Origin: a virus
Strand: one strand, 5' to 3'
Virus record (IMG/VR): IMGVR_UViG_3300013117_000371
Length of the DNA: 64,000 nucleotides
Shown: in pieces, positions 53,769-61,986 of the stretch
Layout of the letters: each line of letters starts with the position of its first letter
Position numbering within the stretch: the stretch's first letter is position 1
Notes under the pieces: generated by a model
Told to the model about the DNA's origin: nothing
What the model saw: only the letters and a program-made list of their open reading frames with translations
Database searches by the model: none
Program-made: the position numbers and the translations under genes

Positions 53769-54320
53769 TCATGTTATCTCCACGTAGTCGTCCGTCACAG
53801 TCACACAAACGTCGATAGTTGCCAAGTCGTCGGGGTCGAACCGCTCATTGCGCACGTCTATTGTAAAAATAGCAAGGCCGTTTCCCCCTCCCTGCTCCGC
53901 GATTCTCGCATCCACGTACGCCTTGAACTCCCCCCAGGTCAGGGAGCGGTAGTTAGAGTAGTCCTTCTCCGACGGCCGAATGGGGTAGTTCCCGGCCACG
54001 CTGACCCCCCTCAGGTAGCCGATGCACCCGTCGTTTTTGCACTGCCACGAGGAAGCGTCGAACGGGAACATGAGATGGTTGCAGTACTTGCAAGGGGGGA
54101 TGGGGGGATCTGTCTTCCGCTGCCTCCCCGAGGCCCTCCTCACACAGTCGGGACAGACATCAGTCGTAGCGTTGAAAAGCCATCCCGCAAGCAGCGCCTG
54201 ATTGCGCAAAGTCCCGGGGAGGCCGCAGGGCTCCTCGGCGCAGTAAACGGAGTTGCATCCTATGATGTCGCACAGCACCATCTCGAACCGCTCTCCTCCC
54301 CGTTCTCTTTGAACAGCCAT
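53769..54320 (-). CDS. Multi-CxxC hypothetical protein
   Basis: CDIIGC, CPDC, CKYC, CKNDGC. Confidence 0.65.
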   Translation of the reverse strand: MAVQRERGGERFEMVLCDIIGCNSVYCAEEPCGLPGTLRNQALLAGWLFNATTDVCPDCVRRASGRQRKTDPPIPPCKYCNHLMFPFDASSWQCKNDGCIGYLRGVSVAGNYPIRPSEKDYSNYRSLTWGEFKAYVDARIAEQGGGNGLAIFTIDVRNERFDPDDLATIDVCVTVTDDYVEIT

Positions 54321-54323
54321 TGG

Positions 54324-54446
54324 TTACCCCCTCCCTATCCCAATGAACGGGTCCAGGACGTACTTCCCCCCCGGGCAGTGCTCATTGAGCAACCGAGCAA
54401 GAACGTCAATGATGGGGGGTGGGAACGCCGCCGGGTGGGACGCCAT
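54324..54446 (-). pseudogene. 40-aa remnant of a DNA methyltransferase
   Basis: MASHPAAFP...VLDPFIGIG then stop; the next gene starts immediately. Confidence 0.55.
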
Positions 54447-54653
54447 CAGCTCGCCTCCGCCGCCGGGGGCAGGGTAACCGTCACCACCACCCCATGCTCC
54501 GCTTCGTACGCCGTGCTGCGTCCCCTCGTCCTCGTCCGGGCGCTCAGTGTGCAGGTAGAAATTCACCCTGCCCGGAAGATTGGGGTGCCAATCAGAGGTT
54601 ATCTTCACTCCCCCCAAGCGGCAAGCAAGAGAGAGGAACTCCTCCTTGGTCAT
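54446..54653 (-). pseudogene. Small gene with a probable +1 frameshift at C4 54522-54525
   Basis: The shifted frame ends AYEAEHGVVVTVTLPPAAEAS* in TGATG coupling with the next ATG; span 208 nt = 3n+1. Confidence 0.4.
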
Positions 54654-55012
54654 TCTCCCCCTCTTAGACCGAGTTCGGTCGGTCCTTCCTTTTTCTGTGG
54701 CCACGTTTGGGCATCACTTCTCCGTATATTCTCAATCCGGGAGCCCACCGGCAGCTCCGCATCCTTTCCTGCACACTCCTCCATCTCCCCGTCCTTGTCG
54801 AAGACTATGTCGAGCCGGAAATACAGTGCTGGTACCACCAACTCGGCGAAGTGCTGAAGGGCCTGACCGCACCGGGGGCAGTTGCATAGCAAAGTAAGAG
54901 CCACCTCCTCATGCGCACAGGCGGGGCACATACCCCGCATGGTCCCACCCACATGGTTAATAGTGAAACGGATAGTATGCTCTCCCCCAACCTCCCCTTC
55001 TAGCCAAATCAT
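54650..55012 (-). CDS. Zn-ribbon hypothetical protein
   Basis: CPAC, CPRC. Confidence 0.6.
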   Translation of the reverse strand: MIWLEGEVGGEHTIRFTINHVGGTMRGMCPACAHEEVALTLLCNCPRCGQALQHFAELVVPALYFRLDIVFDKDGEMEECAGKDAELPVGSRIENIRRSDAQTWPQKKEGPTELGLRGGE

Positions 55013-55524
55013 GGACCCTCCGGTATCGCAATGTCATCCGGTATTGCCTCAGTTGCATTTGTTGCCTCTGTGGGCTCAAGGGCCTCTGTGGCCACCATTG
55101 CCTCTGCGGCGCCCCCTTCCTCAGCCTCATACAAGGCCGCCATCTCCCGAGCAGGGCCTTCGAATTCCAACCGCACCTCCTCCCCGCCCAGCTCCTCCCA
55201 CTCCGCAATTACCGCTTGCAACGGGGCCACCAAGTCTGGGTCCAGGACCGTAATGTGTCCGAACGGGTTAATGACCGCCGACATCTCCTTCCGAGGAATG
55301 CGCATCATCTGGCTACTCCCCAGAGACATCTGGTAAAGGCGGTTTTTCACCCTCGCCCCGAACGTCCACTTCCTCCGGGCGTAGAGGACTGGGCAGTCCA
55401 TATCGCCGGCGTTGCAGTAATACCCGTGCAGCATCACCCAACCAGGGTAGCTCGGGAGGAAGTTGTCCTTGAGGAACTGCACCAAGTGGTCCGAACAGTC
55501 TAGGGTTGCCTGCTGTGCTTTCAT
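55009..55524 (-). CDS. Hypothetical protein
   Basis: ATGA coupling. Confidence 0.65.
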   Translation of the reverse strand: MKAQQATLDCSDHLVQFLKDNFLPSYPGWVMLHGYYCNAGDMDCPVLYARRKWTFGARVKNRLYQMSLGSSQMMRIPRKEMSAVINPFGHITVLDPDLVAPLQAVIAEWEELGGEEVRLEFEGPAREMAALYEAEEGGAAEAMVATEALEPTEATNATEAIPDDIAIPEGP

Positions 55525-55760
55525 CCCTTCGTCTCCTCGGTGCTGTCCCGCGAGAAGGGGGAGGGGGTCCCCATTGTGTCGCCGTTATCCATCTCCCTAC
55601 GCAACGGGCAGTCGTTTGGGGGGGAATAATGGTACACCCATCTCTTGGTCAGCAGTATCTTCCTTCTTGGGACTTGCGGATGGCGGCATTCGCACACCTT
55701 CGAGGGAGGACCAGCCCGATCAATGTGGGCACACTCGCTACAGTGACGGGGGATTCTCAT
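55521..55760 (-). CDS. Small Cys-rich protein
   Basis: CSECAH, CECRHP, CPL. Confidence 0.6.
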   Translation of the reverse strand: MRIPRHCSECAHIDRAGPPSKVCECRHPQVPRRKILLTKRWVYHYSPPNDCPLRREMDNGDTMGTPSPFSRDSTEETKG

Positions 55761-56221
55761 GACCACTCCTCGGTGAGGTGGTACACCGTCGTCACCTCGG
55801 TTCGCTTCTCCTGCCGCACTACCCCTTTCCGGACCAAGGCGTTGACAGTGCGCCAGCCCACCCGGATGCCACTGATACGCTCCTCTTTGGCTGCGTACAG
55901 GTAGGCCCCAAAGAAGTCCGTTATGAATTCCCCACCATTGCGGAGGATTTCCACCACCTTCCGCTGAACCCGGGTGAGCTTGGCGTAGCTGATATCTATT
56001 CCGGCAGCTTCCAACTCTTTCAGACACCTCTCGCATCCCGGGAAGGTCCTGTTCGGAACCTCCCTGGCTCGGGACTTGGTGTAGTCGGTGACGATAATCA
56101 CCTTCCTGCACGCAGTCGTATAGTCCTTCCGTATAGTGAACAAGTCCTGCTCCGTAACCACGAATGACACGACGTGGCACCACCTTCGGCCCGGGGCCTT
56201 TTGCACCTGAACCCCCCTCAT
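55757..56221 (-). CDS. Hypothetical protein (possible winged helix); start uncertain
   Basis: VGWRTVNALVRKGVV. Confidence 0.55.
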   Translation of the reverse strand: MRGVQVQKAPGRRWCHVVSFVVTEQDLFTIRKDYTTACRKVIIVTDYTKSRAREVPNRTFPGCERCLKELEAAGIDISYAKLTRVQRKVVEILRNGGEFITDFFGAYLYAAKEERISGIRVGWRTVNALVRKGVVRQEKRTEVTTVYHLTEEWS

Positions 56222-56451
56222 CGTTTCTCTCCTAAGGCTTCAAACACCTCCTTCCGAGCTTGGCGTGCGCACTTAGCCACCCCCACTGGACTGAGGGAAT
56301 ATGTCATAGTAATGAGGGTAATCGTGCTCTCCGCTATCTCTGCCTCCGTCCGCCAGTAGCACACGTCACAGAGGGCCTCATGCTTCCCCTTCTCCCGCCC
56401 GTGGGCGTGTAGATTGATTGCCGCACTGTGGCACCTGGTGCAATTATTCAT
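56218..56451 (-). CDS. Small Cys-containing protein
   Basis: CTRC, CDVC. Confidence 0.6.
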   Translation of the reverse strand: MNNCTRCHSAAINLHAHGREKGKHEALCDVCYWRTEAEIAESTITLITMTYSLSPVGVAKCARQARKEVFEALGEKR

Positions 56452-57598
56452 TTTCCCTCCCCAGTCGTATCTTCAGCCCGAACCCCAAACAGCAAAGGTA
56501 GAGGTTCTTCTTCTCCGCGTCGTAGTAGGCCCCCACCCACAGGTCGTACCAGCGGTAAAAAGGGGTGACTCGAGGGGCCTTCTCCGGCGCTTCTGCGCCC
56601 AGGTAGTAGGGCTTGCCCACCCGGGGGATGTACTGCTTGGTGTAGGTCACCCCATTGTAGCCGAAGTCACAGGTCGACCCATCCGGCCGGGGGATCTGCA
56701 CCCGAAACCGGCCATGGCGCCTCAGGGCATCGCTAAGCTTATCGCACACCCAGTCCACGTCGGCGTTGGCCTCAATGCTCACGTACCCTTCCCACCTAGA
56801 CTGGACGCCGGAGCGGCGCTCATCGGACGGGCCACAGGTGAGATCCACTACGCAGTTCCTCAAGTCGTACTGCACCCGCTCGAACAGGCCGTCCTCCACC
56901 TCGTAGACGTCAAGGAGGTAAAAGAAAATCTTCCGGCGAATAGGTCCCCCCTCCCCCGCCTTGATCTCGTGCTGGTTACGTACACCCCCTGCACAGGGCT
57001 CAGGGATCAACAAGTCCGTCTTCTCCGTCTTCTCCCACACCTTCATCTCCCCCACCTTGGATACGGGAGACGCAGCAAACTTGACGACAACTTGGGGGCG
57101 GTCTGTCGCCACTACCCCCTCGACACCTACCCCCAACATGCGAGTCCAGATGTCCAACCACTCCAGCCATTGCGGGATCTGGTCATCGCCCTCCAACTCA
57201 AGTTGCCCAAACCAGCTATTGCTGGAGTTGACACAAGCCTCCCGTATTGGCCAAGGAGAACCCTCCACATACTTCAGAACTTCGAGTTCCCGCCCAACCG
57301 GGACAAACCCAAGGAGAGTAAAGGTGAACGGGCGCGAGTGGCAGCAGCTCACGATTTCCCCCTCGGCCACACTTTGAGCCTCCCCCGGTGCAACAACGGC
57401 GCCTTCAGGTCGTCCCCGCCCCACACTGTTACCTCCCCATGCCCAAGGTACAGGAGGAACGCCAAGAGCGCCCCCATTTTCGCACACCACCGCCACCTGA
57501 AGGGGCCAACGGCGTAAGCGGTCCGCCACCTGATGGGGGAAGGCTCTACAACTACCAGGTAGTACCTGGCCTTCTGCCCCTGTTTGTTCGTCTGCCAA
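56444..57598 (-). CDS. Hypothetical mosaic protein
   Basis: 384 aa ORF; no recognised family. Confidence 0.6.
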   Translation of the reverse strand: MADEQTGAEGQVLPGSCRAFPHQVADRLRRWPLQVAVVCENGGALGVPPVPWAWGGNSVGRGRPEGAVVAPGEAQSVAEGEIVSCCHSRPFTFTLLGFVPVGRELEVLKYVEGSPWPIREACVNSSNSWFGQLELEGDDQIPQWLEWLDIWTRMLGVGVEGVVATDRPQVVVKFAASPVSKVGEMKVWEKTEKTDLLIPEPCAGGVRNQHEIKAGEGGPIRRKIFFYLLDVYEVEDGLFERVQYDLRNCVVDLTCGPSDERRSGVQSRWEGYVSIEANADVDWVCDKLSDALRRHGRFRVQIPRPDGSTCDFGYNGVTYTKQYIPRVGKPYYLGAEAPEKAPRVTPFYRWYDLWVGAYYDAEKKNLYLCCLGFGLKIRLGRENE

Positions 57599-57599
57599 C

Positions 57600-58319
57600 T
57601 CATCGTCTGTACCTCCTCCCTTTCTGCCGGTCCATTATCTTCTCATGGCAAGGCGGGCAGCGGTTGCTCTCCCACCCCTCCGGCGGCTTGAACAGCTCTC
57701 CGCAACTCTTGCACCGGGGGAGGGGCTCCACAATGACGTTCAAGTACTCCTGCCTGAACATGTCGGGACCGCAACGCATGGACTCAAATAGTTCCTGCGT
57801 TGTAACGCCCTCCATGGGCTCTGGTGACGGCCCCTCAAACGTGGGCCATATCGTTTGGTCTTGCTTCAACCAGTCCCGCCCCCAAGCCTGCTCAACAGTG
57901 CACACCAGGATCAATTCTCCTTTACGTACGTACGCCTGGGAGACCTCCCCCACTACCTGGTCGCCCCGGCGGATCTCGCTGCCCCGCAGCCGCGCCGCCA
58001 GTTCCTGGTAGTCCACCTCGAACCGGTCACTGGGAAAAGTGGCGGTGAAGTGCCCCCACTGGGAGGCCTGGGTGAGGTGCTCCCTCACTTTCTCCTCCGC
58101 TTTCAACAACGCCCCCTCCTTGCGGAGCTCCTCGTAGTCGTGCCTTGTCATCATCGCCCGGGTTGCGCCGGTGTCCCTGTCAACCAGGTGGACCACCCCG
58201 CTCTCATCCTCGTGGGCCTCCAGGTCCCCCGTCAACTGGAGCTGCTCACCCTCCCGAGACGAGAAGGCGCTACGCAGAACTTCCATATCGAGGGGGTCGT
58301 CTTTGCTGGGCTTCTTCAT
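57600..58319 (-). CDS. Mosaic hypothetical protein with an FRQEYL terminase-like peptide and Zn ribbon
   Basis: DMFRQEYLN, CKSC...CPPC. Confidence 0.65.
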   Translation of the reverse strand: MKKPSKDDPLDMEVLRSAFSSREGEQLQLTGDLEAHEDESGVVHLVDRDTGATRAMMTRHDYEELRKEGALLKAEEKVREHLTQASQWGHFTATFPSDRFEVDYQELAARLRGSEIRRGDQVVGEVSQAYVRKGELILVCTVEQAWGRDWLKQDQTIWPTFEGPSPEPMEGVTTQELFESMRCGPDMFRQEYLNVIVEPLPRCKSCGELFKPPEGWESNRCPPCHEKIMDRQKGRRYRR

Positions 58320-58885
58320 GCCTCTCTCCCCCACTTCTCCAGGTAGGTGCGCCCCAACAGCTTGAAGCGGCGGTACATCTTCGCCTGCTCCTCGTCCCCC
58401 TCCGCCGTAGCATCGACCAGCTCCCGCAAGAATACCAGCCCCTCACGGAGCTTGTCCATCACGTTGCGGGCCCGTTTCTCAGTACCAGCACACTCCTGCT
58501 CCAAGGACGCCTCCGGCCGGGGGATGGCGCCGAGAATGGCCTGCACTCGGTAGAAGGCACTCCCCACCTCTACGTCTGCGCCCCACTTGCCCGGCTTGCA
58601 AGGGAGGGAGAAGACCTGGCCGGTGGCCCTGCTTATCTCCAACAGCTCCCGGGAGATGTCGTCGACGTTGAGCTTGAGGTTGGCCAACCGCACCCGGGAC
58701 TTATCTCGGCACTCCATCTCCACCTGCTGGAACACTAGACAACGCCCCCTTGGCTCAATGGAGGCGAACTCGGCCACCCCCGCCTCCGTCACGTAAAGCT
58801 CCAATGGAGGGACAACCAGTCTCTCCGGCTTCGTCGGGAACGTATCCTTCAACCTTCCGCCTCCACGTAGCAGTGCCGGGGGCAC
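58316..58885 (-). CDS. Hypothetical protein; start uncertain
   Basis: ORF overlapping the next start. Confidence 0.55.
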   Translation of the reverse strand: MPPALLRGGGRLKDTFPTKPERLVVPPLELYVTEAGVAEFASIEPRGRCLVFQQVEMECRDKSRVRLANLKLNVDDISRELLEISRATGQVFSLPCKPGKWGADVEVGSAFYRVQAILGAIPRPEASLEQECAGTEKRARNVMDKLREGLVFLRELVDATAEGDEEQAKMYRRFKLLGRTYLEKWGREA

Positions 58886-58918
58886 TCCCCTGCCCAGATG
58901 GGGGAGTGCCTTCGTAGT

Positions 58919-59125
58919 TCACTTCGCCCCCATATGCTGCCTCCAAAACTCCGGGTGGAAGTCGCAGACATCATCGGCACTTACCAGGTCGTACCAAATA
59001 GGCATCGACTTCCTACCGGGCAATCTGAGCAGACACCGCAACTTCTGCGGGTCCCCCGTACCTCGGTCAACCGAGGATGGGCAGCTAGCGCACGTGGGTG
59101 GGGTTTTTTTCTTTTCTTTCGACAT
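58919..59125 (-). CDS. Small Cys-rich protein
   Basis: AGGAGG SD; CASC, C, CDFH. Confidence 0.6.
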   Translation of the reverse strand: MSKEKKKTPPTCASCPSSVDRGTGDPQKLRCLLRLPGRKSMPIWYDLVSADDVCDFHPEFWRQHMGAK

Positions 59126-59201
59126 AGGTGCCTCCTTGTCTTTATCCTTCTCCAAGCAGGAAAGGGCCTCAACAGCCCATTCCGGCCGCCCTGCACTCCG
59201 A

Positions 59202-59230
59202 ATACTAACCCTACAGGTTTTGCCTGTCAA
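59202..59230 (-). promoter_or_regulatory. sigma70-like promoter with an operator-like box in its spacer
   Basis: TTGACA-N17-TAGTAT; AACCCTACAGGTT at 59207-59219. Confidence 0.6.
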
Positions 59231-59252
59231 GCACTTTGTTTAACGTTTTTTC

Positions 59253-59283
59253 TTGCACGATTGGGGACGTTCTCTGTTATAAG
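59253..59283 (+). promoter_or_regulatory. Promoter (TGTTATAAG -10)
   Basis: TTGCAC upstream, TGTTATAAG at 59275-59283. Confidence 0.45.
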
Positions 59284-59313
59284 AATAGTGGACCAACAAC
59301 ATGGAGGCTTGTC

Positions 59314-59598
59314 ATGCTTGTAACCTACGTGTCACACAAGACCCAGGTAGGGTGGGGAGACTACGAGCTGGACGAGCTCGACGCCGTCCGCATCGAAGTA
59401 GCCAACCAGGGCGACCCCCTCCTCGGGGCCGTTCTCCTACTTGACAAGGCCGAAGCAATCCAGCTACTGGGGGACCTGGTAGTGACGCTGCTGAGGGACG
59501 AAGCAGGGACGCTCCCCCCGGCGCAGAACCTGCGGGAACTCGCCCACCACAGCCAGCTGTTCCGGGACCTCCTCGCAATGCTGCGGGGGCACCGATGA
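59314..59598 (+). CDS. Hypothetical protein
   Basis: GGAGG SD. Confidence 0.65.
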   Translation: MLVTYVSHKTQVGWGDYELDELDAVRIEVANQGDPLLGAVLLLDKAEAIQLLGDLVVTLLRDEAGTLPPAQNLRELAHHSQLFRDLLAMLRGHR

Positions 59599-59807
59599 AG
59601 CTCATACAGAGCCACCGCCCACTGGACACGCACGCCACGATCTACGCCGCCCCCACTGAAGTAGACGAAGGAAGACTGCCTCCCGAGATCTGCCTTGTGG
59701 TGAGCAACCCCCACTCGCAACTCACGAAGGTCATGATCTATCTGACTCTACCGGAGGCTACCCAACTGCACAGGGAAATAACCGACGCTCTGGAGGCGGC
59801 GCAATGA
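59595..59807 (+). CDS. Hypothetical protein
   Basis: ATGA coupling. Confidence 0.6.
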   Translation: MKLIQSHRPLDTHATIYAAPTEVDEGRLPPEICLVVSNPHSQLTKVMIYLTLPEATQLHREITDALEAAQ

Positions 59808-60190
59808 AGACCAACGACGTCAGCTGCACCAAGCGGAGCATCCGCAAGCACTGGGACACCGGCGCCGGCCACCTGCTGTTCCGGGTGGACCGGGAGGACC
59901 AACACGTCTCCCTGCGGGTGGACTACCACAGCGTCACGGACCCCTACCAGGACTCCCGGCCTCGGGACTACCCCACCATGCCCCTGCTGGCCATGGACGC
60001 CCACTTCGCCCTCTGCCTGAACGGCACCCCGATAGGGTTCATCGGGCAATCGTGCTCCGTGCAGCAGTGGCGGGACGGGAAGAAGCCAACCTACTACCCA
60101 CTCTGCAACGAGCACGTCGCCGTGTTGCTCCACCGTCCGCCGGAGCACATACTGAACTTCCTGGCGGGCAAACTGAGAAAGGAGGAATAG
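59804..60190 (+). CDS. Hypothetical protein
   Basis: ATGA coupling. Confidence 0.65.
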   Translation: MKTNDVSCTKRSIRKHWDTGAGHLLFRVDREDQHVSLRVDYHSVTDPYQDSRPRDYPTMPLLAMDAHFALCLNGTPIGFIGQSCSVQQWRDGKKPTYYPLCNEHVAVLLHRPPEHILNFLAGKLRKEE

Positions 60191-60193
60191 CCA

Positions 60194-60379
60194 ATGGCTA
60201 CGATCTACAACTACTTCGTTCAGCGGCGCTTCGGCAGGTACTGGGGCTATCCGGCTCTGGTCAAGCCTTCGGAGTTCATGCACCAACTGACGGAGAAGGA
60301 ACAGGGGCAACTCCGATCCGGCGAAGCCGTAGAGAAGGAAAACAACCGCTTCACCGCCGAGCCAGGGGGAATGTTGTGA
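60194..60379 (+). CDS. Small hypothetical protein
   Basis: AGGAGG SD, TGATG coupling. Confidence 0.6.
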   Translation: MATIYNYFVQRRFGRYWGYPALVKPSEFMHQLTEKEQGQLRSGEAVEKENNRFTAEPGGML

Positions 60380-60873
60380 TGAGCAACGACATCCACCGTA
60401 AGACGGCCGCCGAACTCTTCGGGATTCCGGAAGAGGAAGTCACCGAAAAGCAACGCCAGCTGGCAAAGACCCTTAGCTGCTGGAGGCTCTATGGAGCCCG
60501 CAGCAAATTCGGAGTAAAGGCGGGCAGAGAGCCGATGTCCCGCAAAAGCGCCCGCCGCTGCCCACTCTGCGAAGCGGAGGTAACCCCCGAAGAGGGCAAA
60601 CCAGCAGCACGGCTCCTTTCCAGCATCCCCCTCAGGGACACCGAAGTACTCGAGAGTCTACCTGACGTCCCCCTTAGCGAAACGGGGGAAACGCTCAGGA
60701 TGTCCCTTACCGGGCGTCCACGCGCCTCGGAACCAGCTCTCCAGAACATCCCCATCCGGACGGAGGAGGGCAGGAGGATACGGGAAGCCTTCGTGCCCGG
60801 CACCCCCGACCAGGGGCGGGAGGAGGAAGGCCCAAATGACTCCAAGCCGGGAAAGAAAAAGGGAGGGGGGTAA
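60379..60873 (+). CDS. Protein built from two DNA polymerase I (PolA) fragments in reversed order
   Basis: DIHRKTAAELFGIPEEEVTEKQRQLAKT...LYG and TGRPRASEPALQNIPIRTEEGRRIREAFVP. Confidence 0.65.
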   Translation: MSNDIHRKTAAELFGIPEEEVTEKQRQLAKTLSCWRLYGARSKFGVKAGREPMSRKSARRCPLCEAEVTPEEGKPAARLLSSIPLRDTEVLESLPDVPLSETGETLRMSLTGRPRASEPALQNIPIRTEEGRRIREAFVPGTPDQGREEEGPNDSKPGKKKGGG

Positions 60874-60876
60874 GAC

Positions 60877-61062
60877 ATGGCGATGTACAAGATGTACTGG
60901 TGCACCAACCAGGACGGACAAATCCGCACCTTGTTGGTGCACGCAGAGTGCAAAGATGCCCCTGAGAGTTTCTTGGTCTACCCTGACGAATGGGATGTTG
61001 AACTTCGGAGGGAAGTAGAAATAGACCCGGACCCTCAAGTTGAGGGGCTATTCGAGGTTTGA
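60877..61062 (+). CDS. Small hypothetical protein
   Basis: SD; fills the gap. Confidence 0.55.
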   Translation: MAMYKMYWCTNQDGQIRTLLVHAECKDAPESFLVYPDEWDVELRREVEIDPDPQVEGLFEV

Positions 61063-61071
61063 ACTACAAGC

Positions 61072-61101
61072 GCCGGCCGGGGCCTTGTGCCGGCAGGAGG
61101 G
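61072..61101 (+). repeat. Start-associated 30-bp repeat, copy 1
   Basis: GCCGGCCGGGGCCTTGTGCCGGCAGGAGGG, 5 nt before ATG 61107. Confidence 0.85.
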
Positions 61102-61106
61102 AGACG

Positions 61107-61501
61107 ATGAAGATTTTGAATCTAACGCAACATCCGGCTTCATCTGAACAGAGACAGGCGGGAGTCATTGACTTACCGCCTGAGTTGAAGCGGAAGCTGG
61201 CAGAGTTCCTGACTTTCGAGGAGCTCCCGAGAAGAAATGAAATCCGCCTTCGGGCGGAAAAGATCGCCGACTTGGCCTATGGATATATCATGGGTCAAGG
61301 GGGATGGGGCGACGCCATTATAGGTCGGGCCATGATAGGAGGAGCCCCCTATTTAATGGCCCCCTTGAGGACGTGTTACTAAGTCTCTCAATTCGTCCTC
61401 TCTACGCGTTCTCCCGTCGGGAGAGCGTAGAAGAGACACTTCCAGATGGAAGCGTCAAAAAGGTCCAGGTGTTTCGGCACCTGGGCTTTGTGGATGCGTA
61501 A
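61107..61501 (+). pseudogene. NLTQH-motif protein (candidate ring nuclease) split by a -1 frameshift at C5 61360-61364
   Basis: MKILNLTQHPASSEQ...AMIGGAPYLMAP in one frame, LEDVLLSLSIRPLYAFSRRESVE...FRHLGFV in the other; span 395 nt = 3n+2. Confidence 0.7.
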
Positions 61502-61587
61502 AACCGGGATTATCCTACCCGCACCCGGCGATCACGCTCAAAGGGTGCGGGCCACGGGGCAGGGTGCCCCAGAGGAGGAAGACATGA

Positions 61588-61986
61588 ATGAGTAGATATC
61601 GTAAGTGCGCTATCGACATCGACACCGACATTGACGTCGGCGACGCTGTATACGTCTCGACGTGGGAGGATGTGGGGCCAAGTCCACGTCGTCGTTTTGG
61701 TGGACGACCGACGCACAAAGGGACGGAGTGCTCCCACACGCCATACTGCACCAACATGAGCCACGAGGCTCGGCTGCATGGCTGGCTTGGAACCACGTGC
61801 GACATCTCCCGATATGCAATCGGGGTTGGTGTTGTCGTGGCCTGTTGGCTGTCGTTTGACGGTGAGGAAATCGCCACCGTGAGGATGGCAGCGGAAGGTA
61901 GCCGTACCGAGAAGACGCTGCTGGTGAAATTGGGAGCGTATTCACGGCGCCAGTCGGGGGCTCGTGCCAACGGAGGGGACCATTGA
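61588..61986 (+). CDS. Hypothetical protein
   Basis: GAGGAGG SD after two hairpins. Confidence 0.55.
   Translation: MSRYRKCAIDIDTDIDVGDAVYVSTWEDVGPSPRRRFGGRPTHKGTECSHTPYCTNMSHEARLHGWLGTTCDISRYAIGVGVVVACWLSFDGEEIATVRMAAEGSRTEKTLLVKLGAYSRRQSGARANGGDH

Noticed and set aside
53580-53772. Possible further frameshift at C7 53662-53668 in a small Cys-rich ORF
   Set aside because: The ORF ends plausibly as written (37 aa) and both shifted frames are equally unremarkable; cannot decide without homologs.
46376-57517. Long + strand ORFs at 46376-47419, 53622-54857 and 56414-57517
   Set aside because: Opposite a continuous, coupled minus-strand gene array; low-complexity translations.
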